A stretch of 64,000 nucleotides of DNA from positions 4,032,001 through 4,096,000 of the forward strand of contig OZ253462.1 of NCBI GenBank assembly GCA_965261395.1, in the 5' to 3' direction. Both the position numbers and the translations under genes were made by a program. The first letter of the stretch is position 1; every line of letters starts with the position of its first letter. Origin of the DNA: Candidatus Latescibacterota bacterium (GTDB lineage Bacteria; Latescibacterota; UBA2968; UBA8231). This document shows positions 27,374 to 36,170 of the stretch, piece by piece. The notes beneath the pieces are model-generated. The model was given only the letters and a program-made list of their open reading frames with translations, was not told where the DNA came from and did no database searches.

Positions 27374-27778
27374 TTAGGCGCTCCAAAGCTCGGCTAAGGC
27401 TTTGAAGGCTTTGAAAGTGGATTCGGAGACGCCTTCGGTGTTTTCGGCTAAGGCTTCGGCACCTTCGGCGAAGCTTTCGAAGGCTTCGCCGATGTCTTCG
27501 GCGGATTTGGCTAAGGCGTCGAAGGCTTCGGCGACGTCCCCGCCGTATTCTTCACGGACGACTTCGGCGGTTTCGGCGACGCCTTCGACGTATTGGCGGG
27601 CACCTTTAGCGGCTTTCGCTAAGGCTTCGGCGTGTTGGCGGGCGTTTTCAGCTAAGGCTTCGACGCTTTCGTAGGTGGATTGAGCGATGGCTTCGGCTTC
27701 ACTGGCGGCTTCGGCGGCTTTTTCGCGGGCGTCGCCGGTGTCGAAAGCACGGGCTAAGCCCGTAAGAATGCGCTGCAT
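27374..27778 (-). CDS. Ala/Glu-rich amphipathic helical repeat protein
   Basis: 134-aa ORF with repeated EALAE/EAF units; AGAGAG and AGAAGGAG upstream; very uniform codons (GCC, GAA, TTA). Confidence 0.65.
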   Translation of the reverse strand: MQRILTGLARAFDTGDAREKAAEAASEAEAIAQSTYESVEALAENARQHAEALAKAAKGARQYVEGVAETAEVVREEYGGDVAEAFDALAKSAEDIGEAFESFAEGAEALAENTEGVSESTFKAFKALAELWSA

Positions 27779-27991
27779 ATCTCTCTAAATCTCCTTCTAG
27801 TGTGGGTGGGTCTCAAGGGCCGTATAGAGCTGCAGGCGTTCTCCACATTGAGTTTTCCGCCGAATCGTGCTCCTGACGAGCCGACCGTTCGGTTTCAATC
27901 CTCTGATAAGCGGGACTGAACTTTACATCGCAGCCTAATCCCGTCAACAACCACAGCACAACTGCTATAATTGTACTGTTCATGTCTATCC

Positions 27992-28894
27992 TTATGGGTT
28001 GGATTGATAAGGCGCACCTGGAAACTCAAAATCAAACTTCGGATCAGTATCTACAGCACTCGTAAGTTGCTGCATTATCCCAATAATCGTCTTTCTGTGA
28101 TCACTCAGCAGCTTAGAAGGCTCACCATATAACCGAGATCTCACCATCACCTTTTCCAGCCTCCACAAATCTTCTTTATAGACCCAAACTTCAAATCCCG
28201 CTGCCTTAATTTTAGAGTTAGGGTCATGCTTAATACGGGGCCCGTTATCGTCCATACAACGACGATCCTTGAAAGAAGGATATGGCACAAGATATGGTGC
28301 TATAAATGGAATAAAATTGTGCATATAGGTATGGCGATGTAAGTTCACAGCACTCAACGTCTCCGCCTGCCAGTGCATACTAGTATAAGCAGGCTGTATT
28401 AAACGTATGCTTTTCTTCTGGTCGCAAGTTAGACCATGAAGACACTTTCTAGATAGAAACCCCTCCTGCTCCTCCTGCAGGTGGTTCAAGCAGAGGCCGT
28501 GCTCGTATACGATCTCGCAGCAGCGATCTATTCGGCATTCGGCGGGTGGCGGCTGGTTAAGTCTATCAACTACAGGAAACTCTGACCTTCTATACGGGGT
28601 ATTCCCATTCGCATACGCTAAGAATCGAACCAGATAGTCCAATGCAGATCGCAACTCAGACATCCCCTGACCGAATTTTTTTCCGATAATCCACAAAGCC
28701 TTGTAATCATCCAAGCTACTGAAATCAGGATACCTGCTCTCGATCTCTCCAAGCGTAAGGTCGTTTACTTCATCTAAGATTTTAGTGGCCACCTCTTCAC
28801 TCAACGTACTTATCTCGTCAATAAGCAAGCTCACAGACTTTATTTGCACTTCTATACTTGCATACTGTCTTCTCATCTTAAACGCATTATCCAT
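27992..28894 (-). CDS. AT-rich hypothetical protein, possible HEPN-like fold with an inserted Cys/His motif
   Basis: 300-aa low-GC ORF with an AGGAAG RBS-like sequence; LRSALDYLV...EFP...NLHRHTYMH; CRIDRC-x7-GLCLNH insert. Confidence 0.55.
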   Translation of the reverse strand: MDNAFKMRRQYASIEVQIKSVSLLIDEISTLSEEVATKILDEVNDLTLGEIESRYPDFSSLDDYKALWIIGKKFGQGMSELRSALDYLVRFLAYANGNTPYRRSEFPVVDRLNQPPPAECRIDRCCEIVYEHGLCLNHLQEEQEGFLSRKCLHGLTCDQKKSIRLIQPAYTSMHWQAETLSAVNLHRHTYMHNFIPFIAPYLVPYPSFKDRRCMDDNGPRIKHDPNSKIKAAGFEVWVYKEDLWRLEKVMVRSRLYGEPSKLLSDHRKTIIGIMQQLTSAVDTDPKFDFEFPGAPYQSNP

Positions 28895-29103
28895 TGGCTT
28901 CTTCCTTTATCTATGGACACTCGCGGGGATCGGTAGCCCAGAGGTCTTACATAGCCAAGCAGTTTTTCAAATGGGGGCGGCGTACAGAAAGGATTTTCTT
29001 TAAGCAGGTCTAACAGTTTTTCCGCTCGGGGCCGCAAGCCCGCCGCTTGGAGCTTCTTGGCGTCTCTCTGCGCTTGCCGGGTAAAGACTAGCTTCCAACT
29101 CAC
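28873..29103 (-). pseudogene. yoeB: Txe/YoeB toxin, 3'-disrupted
   Basis: WKLVFTRQAQRDAKKL...LLKENPFCTPPPFEKLLG is typical, then the sequence diverges; the SRRI..QHRLVY and terminal HY motifs are missing. Confidence 0.8.
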
Positions 29104-29342
29104 CAGTCGAGTTCCTCGGCACACTCCTCTACAGGCGTTTTCAGGCCCTCGATGATAGATTCACGCATTTTAGGAATGGCGAGCAGGTGCAGCGTCTCCT
29201 GAATTGAACGCCACTCGTCCTCGGCAATGAGCACCGCTGACCCTCGCTTGCTATGAATGCGAATAGGTTCTCTGCCTTCGGCCACTTGCTCTAGGAGCTT
29301 GTAGAGCTCAGAACGTACCTTGGTTACGTTGATCGTCGTCAA
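29100..29342 (-). CDS. yefM: Phd/YefM antitoxin
   Basis: R..LYKLLEQV...EPIRI..KRGSAVLIAEDEWRSIQETLHLL; GTGA overlap with the toxin gene. Confidence 0.9.
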   Translation of the reverse strand: MTTINVTKVRSELYKLLEQVAEGREPIRIHSKRGSAVLIAEDEWRSIQETLHLLAIPKMRESIIEGLKTPVEECAEELDW

Positions 29343-29522
29343 AGCTATGACCTATCGGGGCAAAAATTTGGCCAGGATTCCGGCCATGAGGTGAAGAATC
29401 TCTTTCTGTACCAGTGGCAATCGCCTTATACAATAGTAGTAGTATCTTGGATAGGGTCGTCTTTAGCGTGCTAAATATCGACGAGATTACAAAACAGCGT
29501 CAAGCCTAAGCAAGAGGAGAAG

Positions 29523-29888
29523 ATGTCGGCGCTTACTACAATGCGTAAGGTGTGCGGAGCGATAGTCTGCGCCGTGTTAATCGGGGGCTGTGCGCTGATC
29601 GCCGCGCCGGCTATATCCCCGGAACCCTCACCCCAAGCCGCGCAGCTTTTGGCTGTCGGCGACTACGTGGAGGCGCACCTGATGCGCCGCTTTGCCGAGG
29701 GGTACTTGTTGGTGCGGTTGCCGGACCGGGCCGTCTGGTTGCTCGACCCTAAAGAACATTGCTCCTGGTGCTGGATCTACGTCGGTAAGACGGTATGGGT
29801 CAAGCTGGGCAAGCGCTCGGCCACGCTGCTCAACTCCAAGGGCGAGACAGCCGAGTGTTGGAACGGCGGGCAGATGAGCGAGTACTAA
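29523..29888 (+). CDS. Putative lipoprotein
   Basis: GAGGAG RBS; signal peptide with LIGGC lipobox; CxxC plus a further Cys. Confidence 0.65.
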   Translation: MSALTTMRKVCGAIVCAVLIGGCALIAAPAISPEPSPQAAQLLAVGDYVEAHLMRRFAEGYLLVRLPDRAVWLLDPKEHCSWCWIYVGKTVWVKLGKRSATLLNSKGETAECWNGGQMSEY

Positions 29889-31457
29889 TCAGGCCTTGAA
29901 CTTCAGGTAGCGGCCCGGCCAAGTCGGCCCCAAGTCTTCGACCGCGCCTCCGTTGCGGACGATGGGAACCCCGTTGACGAGAACGTGCTCAACGCCGACC
30001 GAGTACTGGTGGGGATCGGCGTAGGTGGCGCGATCCGCAACCGTCGCCGCATCAAAAACGACCAAGTCCGCGTAGAATCCCTCGGCGATTTGCCCCCGTT
30101 GCGTCAGTCCAAACCGCGATGCTGGGTGGGCGCTCAGCTTGTACACCGCGTCTTCGAGCGAGAAGAGCTGGTGGTTGCGCACGCAAGGCCCCAACAGGCG
30201 CGCGGCTGATCCGTATAAACGCGGGTGAACCGCGCCGTCGGGGAAGTAAATCCCATCGCTGCCCAGCATGTATTTGTCGTGCGCCAGGAAGGGATGCACC
30301 AAGGCGTCGTCGCCGTGGTGGAAGACGAGGAGCACCGCCAAGTTTTCCTCGATCAGCAGGTCGCAGAGCGCGTCGGCCGGGGATGCGTCGGCCTGTTGGA
30401 TGTATTCGTCTAAGGTGAGGCCGATAAAGCGGGCGTTGTCCCGCCCGGGCAGCCAGGCAATGGTCATCCGGTCGAGCGGGTTGACGTAGCGGTCGAGGGC
30501 GCGGGCGAAGCGACGGCGGATCGCGGGATCATTGAGTTTGGGCAAGGCACCCAACGGGCCGTCCTCCCACACCTCATAGGGCAACATGAAGTTGAGCATG
30601 GTCGAGCCGGGCAGATACGGGTACACATCGAAGCTGAAATCCACCTCATTGACCGCGACTTGATCCACGTACGACAGCAGTTCGTCGATTTGCTGGGGCG
30701 AGGTGCCCTTGAAGTGGGAAATGTGGACCGGGACGCCGGCACGCCGGCCGATTTCGACGGCCTCCTGCACCCCGGCGAGGGTGCCCTTTTTGTAGCGCAC
30801 GTGGGTTACGTAGAGGCCTTGTTGGGCGGCCATGGCGGTACAGGCTTCGACGAGTTCGTCGGTGGTGGCAAAGCATTCGGCGATGTAGTCGAGGCCAGTC
30901 GAAACGCCGACCGCGCCTTCGGCCATGCCGCGCGCGACCCCGGCGAGAATCTCTTCCATTTGCACGTCGTCGGGGACGCGGCGATCCCAGCCGCAGGCCA
31001 TGGCTCGCAGGTGGGCGTAGGGGAGGTGGGTGATGGTGTTTTGCGCGGTGCGGCCGTCGAGCAGCTGCATGTAATCGGCGAGGCTCTCCCAGCCTGAGTA
31101 GTGGCTTTGCATCAGGCCGTTGAGGGCGCGCATGTAGTAGAGCCAGTGGGCGCGGGTAGCAGCGTCAACCGGGGCGTAGGAGATGCCGTCGGCCATGAGG
31201 ACTTCGGTGGTAAAGCCCTGGAGGGTCTTGGGGAGGAAGTTGCGCTGCTGCAAGAGCCAGCCGTCGGAGTGATTGTGGACGTCGACAAAGCCCGGGGCGA
31301 CGATTTTGCCTTGGGCGTCGATGCTATGCTGTGATTCGGTGTTGCCGAGGTCGCCGATGGCCGCGATGCGGTCGGCGCGGAGGCCAATATCGGCGGAATA
31401 GCGGTCGGCGCGGGTGCCGTCGATGATGGTGCCGTTGCGAATGATCAGGTCGAACAA
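29889..31457 (-). CDS. N-acyl-D-amino-acid deacylase family amidohydrolase
   Basis: APGFVDVHNHSD, GAVGVSTGLDY, PVHISH, GSDG, HPRLYG and ADLVVFD. Confidence 0.92.
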   Translation of the reverse strand: MFDLIIRNGTIIDGTRADRYSADIGLRADRIAAIGDLGNTESQHSIDAQGKIVAPGFVDVHNHSDGWLLQQRNFLPKTLQGFTTEVLMADGISYAPVDAATRAHWLYYMRALNGLMQSHYSGWESLADYMQLLDGRTAQNTITHLPYAHLRAMACGWDRRVPDDVQMEEILAGVARGMAEGAVGVSTGLDYIAECFATTDELVEACTAMAAQQGLYVTHVRYKKGTLAGVQEAVEIGRRAGVPVHISHFKGTSPQQIDELLSYVDQVAVNEVDFSFDVYPYLPGSTMLNFMLPYEVWEDGPLGALPKLNDPAIRRRFARALDRYVNPLDRMTIAWLPGRDNARFIGLTLDEYIQQADASPADALCDLLIEENLAVLLVFHHGDDALVHPFLAHDKYMLGSDGIYFPDGAVHPRLYGSAARLLGPCVRNHQLFSLEDAVYKLSAHPASRFGLTQRGQIAEGFYADLVVFDAATVADRATYADPHQYSVGVEHVLVNGVPIVRNGGAVEDLGPTWPGRYLKFKA

Positions 31458-31604
31458 GGTAAGTGTCTCCTGTGAGCCGCAGTGTGAAGAAAGGTGCCGG
31501 TCAATCTAGGCGGCTGGACGCGGCCTCGCAAGCGGCGCATCGCTGGACGGGCGCGGCCCTTTTTCGCATTTTATCGCGGCCCATTTCACCGAAAGGAATC
31601 CTTC

Positions 31605-32429
31605 ATGCGCATCATCGACCCTCATGTCCACGTATGGATTAACGATCCGGCCTTTCCTTGGCCAGCGGAAAACCCCAACCCGCCTGCCGAAGACCATACG
31701 GCGGAAGATCTACTGGCGCTGATGGACGCCAACGGCGTGGAAAAAACCGTGCTGGTGCAGGTCATCCACTACCGCTGGGACAACAGCTACGTCGCCCACG
31801 TCATCAAGCAATATCCCGACCGCTTCATGGCCGTGGGACGGATCAATCCCGAAGATCCGGCCTCGCCCGACCACATGTCGATGTGGACCGAGGAACACGG
31901 CCTGCACGGGATGCGGCTTTCGCCATCGCAGGATGCGGCGGGCGATTGGTTCAAGGGGCCGGGGATGGACCCGATTTTCGCCCGCGCCCAAGATTTGGGG
32001 ATCCCGATGCTGATTCTGACCGGGCCGCGCCGGCTGCCGGATTTGGCGCGGATTCTCGATCGCTACCCGGATGTAGATTGCTGCATCGACCACATGGCCA
32101 GCGCTCATCCCGACAACCCGGAGGAGCGGCAATCGCTGATGGATATGGCCCGTTACCCCCGCGTGTACGTCAAGATCAGCCACACTTGGTCGCTGTCTAA
32201 GCAGGGCTATCCTTGGGCCGATACGCACGAGATGGTCGAGGAAGTGTATCAGACCTTCGGGCCGCAGCGCATCATGTGGGGCACGGATTGGCCGGTGTGC
32301 CTGTCGCAGGCCGAATACTCCCAGCCCCTGACGGTGGTGCGCGACGAGATGAAGTTCATCGCGCCGGAGGATCTGGAGTGGGTGCTGGGCAAGACGGTGT
32401 TGAAGCTGTGGCCATTCGGGGAGGCATAA
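31605..32429 (+). CDS. Amidohydrolase_2 family (sugar-acid lactonase-like)
   Basis: IIDPHVHVW, IDHM, VYVKIS and FGPQRIMWGTDWPV; AAAGGA RBS before ATG 31605. Confidence 0.9.
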   Translation: MRIIDPHVHVWINDPAFPWPAENPNPPAEDHTAEDLLALMDANGVEKTVLVQVIHYRWDNSYVAHVIKQYPDRFMAVGRINPEDPASPDHMSMWTEEHGLHGMRLSPSQDAAGDWFKGPGMDPIFARAQDLGIPMLILTGPRRLPDLARILDRYPDVDCCIDHMASAHPDNPEERQSLMDMARYPRVYVKISHTWSLSKQGYPWADTHEMVEEVYQTFGPQRIMWGTDWPVCLSQAEYSQPLTVVRDEMKFIAPEDLEWVLGKTVLKLWPFGEA

Positions 32430-32430
32430 G

Positions 32431-33297
32431 ATGCTAAACATCGGCATTGTCGGGGCGGAAAACAGCCACACGGCAGCTATCGCCAAGGTACTCAACGTCG
32501 AAAAGAAGGTACGAGGGGTGCGGGTGACCCACGTGTGGGGTGAGACCGCCCAATACGCTCAGGCCGCTGCCGCCGCCGGTCAAATCCCGCAGATTGTCCG
32601 CACGCCTGAAGAGCTGATCGGCCAAGTTGATGCGGCGGTGGTCGATCACCGCCACGGCAAGGACCACCTGCCGGCGGCTTGGCCGCTGTTGGAGGCCAAG
32701 ATCCCGCTTTTTATCGACAAGCCGTTCTGCTACCGCCGGGCCGAGGGGAAGCGCTTTTTGGCGCGGGCTGAGGAGTTGGGCGTGCCGGTCTGTTCTTTTT
32801 CGACGTTGCCCAAACAGGCTTCGTACCGGGCCTTTGCCAAAAAGATGCGCCAGCTCGGCCCCATTCAGGCCGTGGTCGCCACCGGCCCCTGCGACATTAA
32901 GTCGAAATGGGGTGGGGTCTTTTTTTATGGCATTCACCAAGTGGATATGGTGCTGCGCCTGCTCGGCACGGATATACGCTGGGCCGAGATCCATCGCGGG
33001 GGCGGGGACAATCACACGGCCATTCTTACCTACCGCGACGGCTGCGTAGCTACCCTGAACTTGGTGGGGGGCGCTGCGCCAGGGTTCCACCTGAGCGCCA
33101 TCGGCGAAAAGGGCCGCATCGACGAGCCGATCACATTCGACGCGAGTTCATATCTGAGCGGCGTCCGCGATTTTTGCACCATGTTCCGCACGGGCAAAAC
33201 CGATGAGACTGCGCAGACTATGCTGGGGCCGGTGGCAGTGCTGGAGGCGTTGGAGAAGTCCATAGTGAAAAAGAGCCGAGTGCGAGTGCAGCTATGA
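32431..33297 (+). CDS. Gfo/Idh/MocA-like oxidoreductase
   Basis: IGIVGAENSH, PLFIDKP and FYGIH motifs. Confidence 0.85.
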   Translation: MLNIGIVGAENSHTAAIAKVLNVEKKVRGVRVTHVWGETAQYAQAAAAAGQIPQIVRTPEELIGQVDAAVVDHRHGKDHLPAAWPLLEAKIPLFIDKPFCYRRAEGKRFLARAEELGVPVCSFSTLPKQASYRAFAKKMRQLGPIQAVVATGPCDIKSKWGGVFFYGIHQVDMVLRLLGTDIRWAEIHRGGGDNHTAILTYRDGCVATLNLVGGAAPGFHLSAIGEKGRIDEPITFDASSYLSGVRDFCTMFRTGKTDETAQTMLGPVAVLEALEKSIVKKSRVRVQL

Positions 33298-34411
33298 CCG
33301 AGAAAACCATTCGCAGATTGAAGATCGAAAACTTCAAGAGCATTGACTCTTTGGAAGTAAAGGGGCTTGCTCCTTTTTCGGTATTCGCGGGGCGAATGGC
33401 TCGGGCAAGAGCAATTTCTTTGATGCGCTGGATTTTGTCAGTCTCTTCGTGCGCGGCGGGCTTGAAATCGCGTTGAGCGAGCATGGGAGCTTTGCAAATA
33501 TCCATTCGGTGAAGCGAGAGGGGGCGGATTCCAAAACGTTTAGCTTTGAGATCGAATGTGATTTTTTAGAACAGCAGGAAGAAAAGTATTCGTTGAGCAT
33601 TAACGACCTCGACAGCGAACCCGGAATCGAAGAACGCTTGTACCTCAATGAGGAACAAACTGGGGGCAAGGGAGAGATCGACGCCATGGGAGAATGGTCC
33701 GTTGTAAGTGAGGTCTCGGGTATCTATTCAACTCTATCGCTTGATCATCGAAATCATCCGCTTTCCGAACTCCTAAGAAACTTGAATGTGTACCGGATTG
33801 AGCCTACTGGAGCAAAGGAGTCGGATAGGTCTGATTTTGATTCAACGCAATTAAGGAGCAAGGGAAATAATCTGGCGAGTGTCTTGCATCGTTTAGAGGA
33901 CGATGAAGCGATACGCGAAGAAATTCAGGACTGGATGGAAATGATTGTCCCGGGGATTGAGAACATCCAGACAGAAGAGCAGAGACTGGATGGCAGAACC
34001 GCCCTGCGATTTAAGGAGGAAGGATTTGAGAAACCTTTCCCCGCTCACCTAGTTTCAGACGGGACGATGTACGCGCTCTGTTTGCTGGTCGCCGCGCTCG
34101 ACGCGCCTTCAGGTTGCGGAATGACGTTGATTGAGGAGCCGGAAAGAGGGCTGCATCCCAAGGCCATCCGTGAGTTGATAGATTTGATGCGGCAGCAGGC
34201 TTCGCCTGAAAATCCTATATGGTTGACCACCCATAGCGAGTCGGTTGTTCGAGCGCTTAAACTTAGCGAACTCGTTCTCGTGGATAAGGTTGAAGGCCGC
34301 ACCACAATGAAGCCAGCCGATGCAGGGAACATCTCCCAAGAGGACCTTGCTCCGTTGGGCCTCGACGAAGTGTGGCTCTCGAACCTGCTGGCCGGGGGGA
34401 TTCCATGGTGA
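33294..34411 (+). pseudogene. ABC/AAA_21-type ATPase with a 1-nt frameshift in Walker A
   Basis: First frame gives IRRLKIENFKSI...VFAG and the second continues ANGSGKSNFFDALDF. One G is missing from the G-run at 33389-33392. Downstream SDGT signature, LIEEPERGLHP Walker B and TTHS are intact. Confidence 0.88.
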
Positions 34412-34998
34412 CTGTGGGGTTCGTGGTGGAAGGGGCTTCAGAAAAGCGGCTGGTCGAAAACAAATTGTTTCGGAAATGGCTACGCGAGGATTGCAACTTG
34501 GCAGTGATTGATCCGGTGGTTGATGCGGCTGGAAGCGGTAATATGTGCAGCCGTAATATCGAGGCTCTAGTCAAGGGGATCAGGATGGAGGCAAAGCCGG
34601 ATAAGGTGGTTGTGCTGGCCGACCTCGATCCCGATGAACGTGTGCCGTGTGTGCAAAAGCGCAAGGAGACCATTGGTTCTCGAGGCATTGATTTAGTCTT
34701 AATTGCGAAGAAGGCGATGGAATCTTGGTTTCTTGCCGATACGGAAGCGATGCGCCGATGGTTGGGCGACGATACCTTCTGTGAGGTTACTCCGGAAACC
34801 CTAATCGGAATGCCTTGGGATCGGCTGAAAGAACTCGGCCGCAAAAAGGGTAGAGGGCCGGGGAGGAACCGATTCTTTTTTGCCAGAAAATTCATTCGTG
34901 AGCACAGGTTTGATGTCAGACGAGCAGCTCAGCATGACCAGTGCCCCAGTGCCCTTTATTTTGTCGAACGGCTCTGTGCGTTGGGCAATCCACGATAA
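34405..34998 (+). CDS. DUF4276-like / TOPRIM-fold partner of the ATPase
   Basis: N-terminal VVEG.SE, DLD motif, MESWFLAD and CPS..YF; overlaps the ATPase stop. Confidence 0.75.
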   Translation: MVTVGFVVEGASEKRLVENKLFRKWLREDCNLAVIDPVVDAAGSGNMCSRNIEALVKGIRMEAKPDKVVVLADLDPDERVPCVQKRKETIGSRGIDLVLIAKKAMESWFLADTEAMRRWLGDDTFCEVTPETLIGMPWDRLKELGRKKGRGPGRNRFFFARKFIREHRFDVRRAAQHDQCPSALYFVERLCALGNPR

Positions 34999-35028
34999 CG
35001 TCAACAACACAAGGAGGAAGACGGTAGT

Positions 35029-36159
35029 ATGACCATCCAACTTAAATCAGCAGACCAAACCCACTACGACGCCATCGCCCTAGGCGAAGTCCTCATGCGC
35101 ATCGATCCCGGTCAAGTGCCCACGGCTCGGGCGCGCACCGCCCGGATCTGGCACGGGGGCGGCGAGACCAATGTCGCCGAGGGCTTAAGCTATTGCTTCG
35201 GCTTGCGCGCCGCCGTCATCACGGCCCTCGTGGACGACGGGATTGGCCGCAACATTGAAAATCAACTGCGCGAAGCCGGGCTAGACACCGGGCACATCAT
35301 CTGGTTTAACAACGGCGGCAAGGGCCAATTCAGCACCGACGCCAAGGGGACTTTGCACAATGGGATCAACTTCACTTGGGCTGGCAAGGGCCTTTTGCCT
35401 TCGGTGACCGAATACTATCGCGCCCATACCCCAGTGCGCGAAATCGGGCCTGGCGATGTGGACTGGGACCATCTCTTCGGCGCGTTGGGGACGCGGTGGT
35501 TTAGCACCGGCGGGATTTACACCTTGCTCTCGGGAAAGACGGCCGCGCTGGCGTTAGAAGCGATGCAGAAGGCCGGCGAACACGGCGCTGGCCGTTCCTT
35601 TGACCTCAACTACCGCTCCAAGGTCGAGCCAGATAAGGAGCGGGCCCGCCAGATCAATCGCTCTATTGTGCCGCATGTCGAGTTCCTCGTCGGCAACCAA
35701 GACGACTTTGACGACGCGCTGGGCTACGAAACCGAAAAGGTGGCCAAAGACGCCAGCTTTGATCAGTGGTTAGCGATCTACACCAAGATGCTGCACCAAG
35801 TCGCCAACGACTATCCGAACCTCAAGTACATCGGCACGCAGTTGCGCGGCGCGCTGACGGCGGATCGCATCAACTGGGGCGCGGTGCTCTTCGACGTCGA
35901 GGAAGGCGAAATCTACCAGGCGGCCGTGCGCGAAAACATTGAAATCGCCGATCGCACTGGCGGCGGCGATTCCTTTGCCTCGGGCGTGGTTGCGGCACTG
36001 CTCGACGGACGGGGAGCAGCCGACGCCGTGCAGTGGGGGGCCGCCCACGGCATCTTGGTGCAGGAGTGCATCGGCGACACCACTATGGTCACGCGAGACG
36101 ATGTTGAAAAGGAAGTCGCCCGCGCCATCAAAGGCGGCGGCGTTTCGGCACTCAGATGA
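35029..36159 (+). CDS. kdgK: PfkB sugar kinase, 2-dehydro-3-deoxygluconokinase-like
   Basis: LGEVLMRIDP, GGGETNVA, SFDLNYR and DRTGGGDSFASG. Confidence 0.85.
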   Translation: MTIQLKSADQTHYDAIALGEVLMRIDPGQVPTARARTARIWHGGGETNVAEGLSYCFGLRAAVITALVDDGIGRNIENQLREAGLDTGHIIWFNNGGKGQFSTDAKGTLHNGINFTWAGKGLLPSVTEYYRAHTPVREIGPGDVDWDHLFGALGTRWFSTGGIYTLLSGKTAALALEAMQKAGEHGAGRSFDLNYRSKVEPDKERARQINRSIVPHVEFLVGNQDDFDDALGYETEKVAKDASFDQWLAIYTKMLHQVANDYPNLKYIGTQLRGALTADRINWGAVLFDVEEGEIYQAAVRENIEIADRTGGGDSFASGVVAALLDGRGAADAVQWGAAHGILVQECIGDTTMVTRDDVEKEVARAIKGGGVSALR

Positions 36160-36170
36160 GGGAGCATACG

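Noticed and set aside
27374-27778. CRISPR array or VNTR in the GGCTTCGGC-rich stretch
   Set aside because: No constant repeat with unique spacers; the pattern follows codon periodicity of an Ala/Glu-rich ORF, and there are no cas genes.
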